The notes under the pieces were generated by a model. The model saw only the letters and a list, made by a program, of their open reading frames with translations. It was not told the origin of the DNA and did not search any database. The translations under genes were made by a program, and so were the position numbers. A DNA stretch of 31,579 nucleotides, from the IMG/VR virus record IMGVR_UViG_3300042314_001251, positions 1 through 31,579 of that record; one strand, given 5' to 3'. Positions 17,401-25,410 of the stretch are shown one piece after another (positions within the stretch are counted from its first letter, which is position 1; each line of letters opens with the position of its first letter). Source of the DNA: a virus. Its lineage: Duplodnaviria; Heunggongvirae; Uroviricota; Caudoviricetes.

Positions 17401-17837
17401 TAATAACAGGATTTACAGACTCAAAATTAAATTTAGTTAAGACATACGACGATAATAATCCATATCAAGTAGGGATTAATGGAGTTACAGAAGTTGTTAC
17501 TGAGGGTGATAGTTTATCTTATGTAGAATATACCATAAATGGTATCAACTACAAGACTTCAGTATTAAAACCTTTATTTGAAGATTCTGACCTTTTCTTT
17601 AAAACCCAAACAGTTTATTTTTTTGAAGCTAATGGTTTAACGCAACAAAACATTAATGTTGTAAAAAGAGAAGCAGAAATGGGTATAGCTTTTCCACCTA
17701 AAATTAAAACAGAGATATTTATTGAAAGACAGTCAATATCTGTTTTTGAAAGACATCTTAGAATGGAAGAAATAGAAACAATTGAACAATTAACTGATTA
17801 TAAAAATGGGTATTACAATATTTTTAATATAGAATAA
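17397..17837 (+). CDS. putative virion/baseplate protein (146 aa)
   Basis: ATGA overlap with the upstream gene. Contains IFIERQSISVFERHLRMEEI segment. Confidence 0.65.
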   Translation: MIITGFTDSKLNLVKTYDDNNPYQVGINGVTEVVTEGDSLSYVEYTINGINYKTSVLKPLFEDSDLFFKTQTVYFFEANGLTQQNINVVKREAEMGIAFPPKIKTEIFIERQSISVFERHLRMEEIETIEQLTDYKNGYYNIFNIE

Positions 17838-17838
17838 C

Positions 17839-18741
17839 ATGGCTACAGGCAACTATGGAACGGTAAGACCGGCTAACGTATCAGCAGATGATATAGATAT
17901 TTTTTATACCTATTCACCTAGTAGAGACGTACCGCCATCTGTACCTGTAAGAGTTTTAGACGCAAACTCTTTTTTAACACAATTTAATAACCCATTAAAT
18001 ATTAATGGGGTACAACCATTATTGAGTGGTTTATATAATTTAAATCTACCTTCGAATTTATTTTCGTCAAAGGGATTTTATACAATAATGATAAGACCAA
18101 AACAATATTACGTTACAATAGCGGATTGTGGTGTTTTATCAGCTTACCCCGACATTAAAGGTTTAGTATTTGATACTAATAGTTTACCACCTGTTTTGGG
18201 TCAAAATGACTCTATGGTTGGGTATCGAATTGAATATATTGATAACACAAATCAAATCATACCTAATTTATATAGAATAGTTACTTCAGCTAATTTAACT
18301 GAAGCAGTAAATCAAAATTTATCTAATACATCACAAAAAGCTATTAGATATAGATTTAATGACAACTCAAATTTATTGTTTTGTACATTAACACCGTCTT
18401 CACCTTCAGTGGTTACACCAAATAAAATACCTTTTATTGGTTCACCTGGTCAGGCTGTTGTTATTACAAATACCTTTTTTAATCCCGTAACAATTGAATT
18501 AGAAATGGTTGAATATGATGTTGAGACTCTTGCTTATGGTTTGTTTGGGAATCAAAGTAAAAGTATTGTTGATGGTAAATATACTATCTACGACTTTGAA
18601 AATAGAATTTACAAACAATACAATCTTTATGAGGTACAAGATACATTTAATAGTGAACCACTTTATGAAATTAGAGAAGAAGTTAATGAGATTGATGACA
18701 CAAAAGATTTTGACACGATAACTAATATAGGAAATATTTAA
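17839..18741 (+). CDS. putative virion/baseplate structural protein (300 aa)
   Basis: Tightly packed in the structural operon, beta-rich, starts MATGNYGTVRP. No named family recognised. Confidence 0.65.
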   Translation: MATGNYGTVRPANVSADDIDIFYTYSPSRDVPPSVPVRVLDANSFLTQFNNPLNINGVQPLLSGLYNLNLPSNLFSSKGFYTIMIRPKQYYVTIADCGVLSAYPDIKGLVFDTNSLPPVLGQNDSMVGYRIEYIDNTNQIIPNLYRIVTSANLTEAVNQNLSNTSQKAIRYRFNDNSNLLFCTLTPSSPSVVTPNKIPFIGSPGQAVVITNTFFNPVTIELEMVEYDVETLAYGLFGNQSKSIVDGKYTIYDFENRIYKQYNLYEVQDTFNSEPLYEIREEVNEIDDTKDFDTITNIGNI

Positions 18742-18748
18742 AAATTAA

Positions 18749-21700
18749 ATGTCTAAAAAAGTAGTACCTGGTTCAATAACGGAACCATATAAAAAAGGGC
18801 AAGGTGACTTTTCACCAAACCTAGTAGGACAACAATTTACTAATGGTGTAACACTTTTTACATTAGGCAATTTTGCTATTACAACAAATGCTTCAGCTAG
18901 TTTAAGTAAGGTTTATAACACCGGTAGTTTTTCTGACGCATATACTTTAAATGATTTAAATCTAACTATAGATGAATCACAAGTTCTTTCAAACGAGAGT
19001 TTAAAAATATCACTAAACATAGACCCTAATAGATTAGAAGGTTATGTTTATTTTGGTAGTTTTTTCCAATTCATTAAAAGTAATATCGAACAAATTTTAT
19101 TAAAATGGAAAGGTTCTTTATACGTCGATAATTTAATAGACGATGACCCAGAAAGAATACCAAGAAATACTGTATTAAACTATAACTATGATAGTATATC
19201 AGGAACCTCTACATTCAAAATACCCGTATCATTAATAAAAAATAAATTTGGTTTAGTCTTTGCACAAAACCCATTATTTAATATTAATAATTACGGTGAT
19301 ATATCCGACTTAAATAATAGCTTTTTGGATTACCAAGTCACAAATATATTTGGTGATTTTTATGTTTTAGGTTTTACTGGTAGTACAAGTTTAGATAATT
19401 ACGTTTATCTACAAGTTAATGGTAATCCATGGCCTAATTTAAATGGTGTTGGTTTTGGTAGTTTTGTCTACCACGTTAGACCTAAAGAGGAATTAATAAA
19501 CAAATATTTCTTCAGCCGTTTAAATGAATTTGAGTCTAACATGTTAAATAGACTTATAACCCCACAATATACAATAGCTGTTAATTTACCTATAAGAACT
19601 GAATCAGGTACACTATTCAGTAGTAATAGAAGATTAACTTGGCCAACAAGTGATGGTTATAATCTTGATAATGGTTCAACTGAATTCACAAACTACCTTA
19701 ATGATTGGATTGATATAGGAATTCAAATGGATGCAAATAAAACAGACCTTATTGCTAGAAGATTTGTTTCCGATTCAATCATAGAGTTTGATACTGAAGG
19801 TGATAACACAGACGTTTATGGTAGAAAAGTTAACAAACTTTTAAGAATTTACGGTAGAGAATTTGATGAGGTTAAAAAATATATTGATGGGATATCCATT
19901 TCAAGAATAGTAACATACGATAAAAAAGATAATACCGCAGATGAATTAGTTAAAGTTTTAGCATCTGAATTAGGGTTAGATGTGTTATTAAGTTTCTTTG
20001 ACAATAATCTATTTAATAATACTTTACCTGGTAATTCTGGTGAAGAAGGTTATGGTAATCCATATAATGTACCTTTTTCAGGGTACTCAAGAAACCTTTC
20101 ACCTAAAGAAATGGATTTTGAATTATGGAGAAGATTAGTTATAAACGCATGGTGGCTATTTAAATCTAAAGGCCATAGAAAAGTATTGGAATTTTTCTTA
20201 AACCTTTTTGGAATCCAAAAGTGTGTGGTTAGTCTTGACGAATATCTTTATATAGCTAAAGATAAATTGAATGCTGATAAGGTATATACTTTATTAGCCG
20301 AATATTTTGACCAACCGGTAGACGATTTTATATCTAGTTTAACCGCTGGTGAAATATCATACCCGATAGACCAATACGGATTTCCAAAAGTACCAGCAGA
20401 CGGTGATGCTTTTTATTATCAGATGAATGGTTTTTGGTATAATGGTGGTAATTTATCCGAAATTGGTAATAACCCACATATTGGGCCTTACGATTACGGT
20501 AAAATGTATTTGGATAGGTTTAGGTGTTTCGTTGAAGATTTTCAAGGGACTACAACAGGAACTACAACATTTATTACTTTAGATAATTTATTTAAAGATT
20601 TTAATAATGGTGACATAGAAGACGGGGTTTCAAATTACGGTGGGGATTACGCACAAATACTAAACGACAATAATCAAATATCATCTAATGCTACTGTAGT
20701 TATGGCAGGTGGTGTTGGTGATGTTACGTATGGTCATAGTGGAGCTTCATTAAGAATAACATTTAGTTATGGTGGGTCTAATTGTGAATTAACTTGTCCT
20801 ACAGATTTAATATATTACGATAATGGGATTATATTTGCCAACGATTTAACTCCAGTAGCTGTTGATTTAACAAATATCTATAGTTTACTAAATACAAACC
20901 AACAAGATTTAATAGTTGCCTCACAAATAACTGAACAATGTTGTTCTAATATAGGTGGTTATTATTTACCTAGTAGTGTGTCAACAATAACTACTATATG
21001 TCCCACAGAAGGACAAATTTCTATTTTACCTAGTGGTTTAGTCTTTGGAGTAGAAAACGAAACTTGTTGTACTAATATTGTTGTGGGTACTGATGTTTAT
21101 TGGGATGGGACTAGATGTATATTAGCGGACATAAATTCTAACACAGTTGTAGATGTATTTACTGCTGATGAATTATTTTACGACCCAATAATCCAAACAA
21201 ACAATACTAATTTTGTTTGTTATTGGTGCCCACCAACAAATGTTTATTGTGGTACAGAATACTATGATTTATTAATAAATTCAAATAAACAATTAAAAGT
21301 TCCAAGTGGTACAAACGGTAACGGTGGGGGTGGAGGTCCGATTAATTTTGGTTGTACTCTTGGTGTTGGAACCACTTATAACGATACTGATGGGTTTAGT
21401 TATATCATTAGTAGTTCTAGTGAACCTGCTCCGTCAGGATACCAAATGTGCGCTAGCTTTTACACAAGTCAATGGACACCGATACTTGGTACAAGTCCTT
21501 TATTATATGAAAAGGGATGTTGTAGAGGATATAGAAATAATAATAATACAGGTGGTGGAGCTACTGGTGGAGCTATTGGTGAAGTACAATTAGGTCCAGC
21601 TAGTTTAGTGTATTGTCCTAATATTTCAGACATTATAATTAATAATAACATTGTTTATTATAATTACACGGCTAACCCAAATACATCGACAGTCCAAAAA

Positions 21701-23083
21701 TTAGGTGAGTTATGTTGTACACAAAGTGTGGTAGGCCAACAAGTTGTGTGGGATGGTACTAATTGTGTATTAGCAAATCCTGTTAATATTAAATGTCCAG
21801 ATATAACTAATATAGCAATTAGCCCAACTGGGGTTGTTTATTATGTCAATAATGGCACAACACAACTATTATCCGCAGAATGTTGTACAAAAGACGTTGT
21901 TGGTAATGACGTAACAATATCAATTAATGGTGAGTGTGTTGTTAGTAATAGTCCTAGTAACTGTACCTTTACTATATTACAAACTGGACTTGTTTCAGGA
22001 ATATCGACACCAGATTGTTGTACAGAAAGTGTTGTAGGACAACCCGTTATATGGAATGGTAATTCTTGTAACTTAATACCAAACGACTTTTGTGTTATAA
22101 TGAGTGTTAGTGACGAGAACATATCAAATCTTGAATGTTGTAAAGCTAAAGGTGGTTATATTGGTTTAGATGCTTTTGGTAATCAAGTCTGTCTTGATTT
22201 AGCTGACACTTCTATAAGTGTTTCCACAACAAATTGCCCAACTACTTTTACATTTTTAGATAATTTAGTTTTAATAGGTACAGATACTTTTATACAAACA
22301 GAAGTATTGGGTTCTGATGGTTCTCCTTTAGATGCCAATTGTTGTAAAAATTATACAACAATTACTGGTGATTTAAATTATCATTATGATGTTAATACTA
22401 AAAAATGTGTTAAAACTGAAATTGCTGAATTTACTTCTTGTAGACATACTTTAATAGAAACTTACATGTCCTTATTATACCCACAATATCATGTTGGTAG
22501 TAATTATGGTATTTACGGTTTAAATGAAAGAGTGTACGTCAAACTTAAGAAATTGATAATAAATGGTTACGATTATTTATCGGGATATTCAAATTTACCG
22601 AGTACGGTATTAGACGCAAATTATTTACCACCTGATAAATGGAATTCAGTACTTTTCATACAAAAAACATTAAATGATTTAAGTATAGATTTTTCTAAAG
22701 CACAACTACCTGGACAACCATTAAATTTATCTAATACACCTAACACACAAGGTACTTTAACAAATATTTTTAATAATGGTTACGGATTCTATTTTATTGG
22801 TTTAAACAATTATTCATATAAAATTGAGTTGGAAGTCTACACAATATCTAACCCTAGTGACGTAAAAACAATTTACTACTCATCAAGTTCATCAGGTATT
22901 GTTGTTAGTGACGTTGATATACAAGATGTCACACTAAAAACAGAGTGTGGTTACCAAGTCAAAAGAACAATAAATACTTCAAATGAATCATGTTATACTG
23001 TAGGTATGAACATAACGGCAGGAATAGATGTAGAACCATCACAATGTTATCCATATATTCTTGGTGGAAATACTTACTTATAA
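18749..23083 (+). CDS. giant baseplate protein, gp7/P2-gpI-like N-terminal half plus Cys-rich repeat array (1444 aa)
   Basis: LWRRLVINAWWLFKSKGHRKVLEFFLNLFG (20123-20212) resembles the KGT...L..LG signature of gp7/P2 gpI wedge proteins. 35 Cys lie in aa 679-1220. Confidence 0.6.
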   Translation: MSKKVVPGSITEPYKKGQGDFSPNLVGQQFTNGVTLFTLGNFAITTNASASLSKVYNTGSFSDAYTLNDLNLTIDESQVLSNESLKISLNIDPNRLEGYVYFGSFFQFIKSNIEQILLKWKGSLYVDNLIDDDPERIPRNTVLNYNYDSISGTSTFKIPVSLIKNKFGLVFAQNPLFNINNYGDISDLNNSFLDYQVTNIFGDFYVLGFTGSTSLDNYVYLQVNGNPWPNLNGVGFGSFVYHVRPKEELINKYFFSRLNEFESNMLNRLITPQYTIAVNLPIRTESGTLFSSNRRLTWPTSDGYNLDNGSTEFTNYLNDWIDIGIQMDANKTDLIARRFVSDSIIEFDTEGDNTDVYGRKVNKLLRIYGREFDEVKKYIDGISISRIVTYDKKDNTADELVKVLASELGLDVLLSFFDNNLFNNTLPGNSGEEGYGNPYNVPFSGYSRNLSPKEMDFELWRRLVINAWWLFKSKGHRKVLEFFLNLFGIQKCVVSLDEYLYIAKDKLNADKVYTLLAEYFDQPVDDFISSLTAGEISYPIDQYGFPKVPADGDAFYYQMNGFWYNGGNLSEIGNNPHIGPYDYGKMYLDRFRCFVEDFQGTTTGTTTFITLDNLFKDFNNGDIEDGVSNYGGDYAQILNDNNQISSNATVVMAGGVGDVTYGHSGASLRITFSYGGSNCELTCPTDLIYYDNGIIFANDLTPVAVDLTNIYSLLNTNQQDLIVASQITEQCCSNIGGYYLPSSVSTITTICPTEGQISILPSGLVFGVENETCCTNIVVGTDVYWDGTRCILADINSNTVVDVFTADELFYDPIIQTNNTNFVCYWCPPTNVYCGTEYYDLLINSNKQLKVPSGTNGNGGGGGPINFGCTLGVGTTYNDTDGFSYIISSSSEPAPSGYQMCASFYTSQWTPILGTSPLLYEKGCCRGYRNNNNTGGGATGGAIGEVQLGPASLVYCPNISDIIINNNIVYYNYTANPNTSTVQKLGELCCTQSVVGQQVVWDGTNCVLANPVNIKCPDITNIAISPTGVVYYVNNGTTQLLSAECCTKDVVGNDVTISINGECVVSNSPSNCTFTILQTGLVSGISTPDCCTESVVGQPVIWNGNSCNLIPNDFCVIMSVSDENISNLECCKAKGGYIGLDAFGNQVCLDLADTSISVSTTNCPTTFTFLDNLVLIGTDTFIQTEVLGSDGSPLDANCCKNYTTITGDLNYHYDVNTKKCVKTEIAEFTSCRHTLIETYMSLLYPQYHVGSNYGIYGLNERVYVKLKKLIINGYDYLSGYSNLPSTVLDANYLPPDKWNSVLFIQKTLNDLSIDFSKAQLPGQPLNLSNTPNTQGTLTNIFNNGYGFYFIGLNNYSYKIELEVYTISNPSDVKTIYYSSSSSGIVVSDVDIQDVTLKTECGYQVKRTINTSNESCYTVGMNITAGIDVEPSQCYPYILGGNTYL
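20783..22408 (+). repeat. protein-level tandem array of about 7 C...CC...C modules
   Basis: Examples: CPTEG...ETCCTNIVVGTDVYWDGTRC; CPNIS...ELCCTQSVVGQQVVWDGTNC; CPDIT...AECCTKDVVGNDVTISINGEC; CTF...PDCCTESVVGQPVIWNGNSC. Confidence 0.85.
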
Positions 23084-23097
23084 AATATTTAAAATAA

Positions 23098-25410
23098 ATG
23101 GGACAAAATAATAATATAGCAATAGGTGGTGGAAAAGGAGGGGGAGGTGGAGGACCACTAACACAATCCTGTACACTTACATACCAACCAGGGATAGGTA
23201 ATGTAATCCCAGGACCACAAATTATTAACCAATTACCACCTTCTTATCAAAATCAAGGGTACTCTACAACTACCGCAACTCTTAGAGTGTATGGTGGTAC
23301 ACAAGCTGTATCTGGAGATATTATGTGTACTTCATATAGTACCGCAGCACAATGGACGTATGTGGTAGGTTCAGAAACTACAGCAGCAGGTCCTACTTAT
23401 ACAAAAGGTTGTTGTACAGCTAGATGGCTTCCTGGTGATAATAATGGAACGGGAGGTTCAACAGGAGTTTCAGCAGGTGGTGCAATAGGAACATTACCAT
23501 CTTTAGAAATTTCGAATGTTTGTCCAGATGCCACACAAATATACATAACTTTATCGGGTGATATTTTTTACACCACAAACGGAAATCAAATACCGTTATC
23601 ACAAGAATGTTGTAACAGGAATATTGTTGGTTCCGATGTTATATGGATTTCACAAGGTAATACAGGTTTTTGTAAAGTATTAAAAAACTCATGTCCACCA
23701 AATATTGCTATTTCAATAAGTAAAGATACTGTTATTGGTGTAACTAGTCCTGATTGTTGTACACCTGAAGTTACTGGTATACCTAATGTTTATTGGGATT
23801 CTACCCATAACTTATGTAAAATACCTTTAACAAATTATGGTTGTTTATATAGTGATTTTACAACACAACCAGCCAATATACCTGACAGACCTAATGTAGA
23901 ACAAGTTTTCGGTACAATTTCAAAAATTAATGAAAGTTTAAATGAGTCTTGTTGTACTAAAGAAATTGTTGGTTTTGATGTAGTTTGGAACCCAATCCTA
24001 GGAATCTGTGAAAAAAGTCCTGATTTAACTATTGGTGGGCCAGACTCCATCAACATCACTTTAAATAGTGAACCAATAAAACCCGATGGTTGTGATGATT
24101 TAGTTGTTTCAGCTAAAATATTTTTTACACAACCATCAGAAATTTGTTTTACTGAATTTTTAACTGCGTCGTTATTAACAAATAACCCGAATGTTGTAAT
24201 TTCACAATTTGGGGTCTTTGATTCAAGTGTAGACGGTTTTAATACTTGGGTTGATTTAAGTGCTAGATTTACTGTTAATTCTGGTGAAACTTTTAATTTA
24301 ATGTTAAATATCGGTGGTGGAATAATACCTTGCTGTGAATATGATGTTAGAGTAGATAATATTAGGATTGATTGTTATAAAGAAGAAGATAGATTATTTT
24401 TTGATACTAAAAAATGTGTTGGATTTGATTTAGTAAGAGTTATTGATAATAAAAGGTCTTGGGTATATAACCCAGGTTTAGAAAATATCGGGGAATCAAC
24501 ACAGGATAATTTAATAAGAGATAGGGGTCAGGTAGGGTTAATACAAGGTTATGGTTATGTGAATAGAACATTCGCACCTAGTGCTGATGCAGATATTCCG
24601 TGGAGATATACAGATTATTTTGAACAATCTAACATATTAGAACCACATAGTAATTCCGTTATTATCAGTAAGGAAATGGAACTTACATTTAACATGTGTA
24701 GTGATTGTTGTGTTGAATATAGTAAATGCCCTGATGGGTATTCACTTGTAACAACTACAGGTGGGACTGAATATTGTACAAAAACTGAGACTTATTGTCC
24801 TAGTGGATATACTTTAAGTGCTGGAACTTGTTATAGTGGAGTCACTACTGCAAGTACGATAGTAGAAACAGTAACAGCATCAACAGGTTCTTATTGTGTA
24901 AAAACAGCCACACTATTACAATTAGAAGAGTACAAAAAAGTTTTCCAAAGTTTTTGGGTTAGGATGATTGAACAATTTGTACCAGCAACCACAATATTTG
25001 TCTCAGGTGAAAAATGGTGTAATAATGATTCATTTATTTGCCCACAATTTGATGTGTGTGATTTTGATTTTGAATATGTTGAATCTGAAATAACAGTTAT
25101 TGAATATGGCACTAATTTTGTTCCATATACAGGATTCACACTTAATGGTGGGGATGTTGTAACTAGTAATGTTGATAGTACTGTTTTATCTGGTACTAGT
25201 TCGGGGACACCACACGATTCAACTAACGGACCTATAATTACTGATGGTACAGTAGTAATTTCAACAACACAAGACCCGACAGGGGGTGGTGGAATCGTGG
25301 TAGTAAATGTTGTTACATTAACACAACCACAATTAGAACCTTTACTTAAACAAAAACAAGAATATTATAATAACTTAATTAGAGGTGGAGTAAAAGAAGT
25401 ATTTGTATAA
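23098..25410 (+). CDS. Cys-rich putative baseplate protein (770 aa), partial paralogue of the upstream gene
   Basis: N-terminal cassette and three CC modules homologous to the 1444-aa protein. Also CPxGY repeats and FWVRMIEQFVPATTI segment. 33 Cys by my count. Confidence 0.65.
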   Translation: MGQNNNIAIGGGKGGGGGGPLTQSCTLTYQPGIGNVIPGPQIINQLPPSYQNQGYSTTTATLRVYGGTQAVSGDIMCTSYSTAAQWTYVVGSETTAAGPTYTKGCCTARWLPGDNNGTGGSTGVSAGGAIGTLPSLEISNVCPDATQIYITLSGDIFYTTNGNQIPLSQECCNRNIVGSDVIWISQGNTGFCKVLKNSCPPNIAISISKDTVIGVTSPDCCTPEVTGIPNVYWDSTHNLCKIPLTNYGCLYSDFTTQPANIPDRPNVEQVFGTISKINESLNESCCTKEIVGFDVVWNPILGICEKSPDLTIGGPDSINITLNSEPIKPDGCDDLVVSAKIFFTQPSEICFTEFLTASLLTNNPNVVISQFGVFDSSVDGFNTWVDLSARFTVNSGETFNLMLNIGGGIIPCCEYDVRVDNIRIDCYKEEDRLFFDTKKCVGFDLVRVIDNKRSWVYNPGLENIGESTQDNLIRDRGQVGLIQGYGYVNRTFAPSADADIPWRYTDYFEQSNILEPHSNSVIISKEMELTFNMCSDCCVEYSKCPDGYSLVTTTGGTEYCTKTETYCPSGYTLSAGTCYSGVTTASTIVETVTASTGSYCVKTATLLQLEEYKKVFQSFWVRMIEQFVPATTIFVSGEKWCNNDSFICPQFDVCDFDFEYVESEITVIEYGTNFVPYTGFTLNGGDVVTSNVDSTVLSGTSSGTPHDSTNGPIITDGTVVISTTQDPTGGGGIVVVNVVTLTQPQLEPLLKQKQEYYNNLIRGGVKEVFV
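23521..24009 (+). repeat. three further C...CC...C modules
   Basis: CPDAT...QECCNRNIVGSDVIW...FC; CPPNI...PDCCTPEVTGIPNVYWDSTHNLC; CLYS...ESCCTKEIVGFDVVWNPILGIC. Confidence 0.85.

Noticed and set aside
17376-17403. Programmed frameshift or readthrough fusing the 967-aa and 146-aa ORFs
   Set aside because: The downstream frame is closed by TGA at 17376-17378, there is no canonical slippery heptamer in the overlap, and the upstream TGA is followed immediately by TAA. Simple translational coupling explains it.
18734-23092. ATATTTAA at 18734 and 23085 as further late promoters
   Set aside because: They deviate from the 10-mer, overlap stop-codon context, and such 8-mers are frequent by chance in roughly 70% AT DNA.
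20783-24009. Diversity-generating retroelement (TR/VR pair) or CRISPR-like array
   Set aside because: Repeats are conserved only at the protein level. I saw no near-identical DNA copies differing at adenines, no reverse transcriptase, and no repeat-spacer periodicity.
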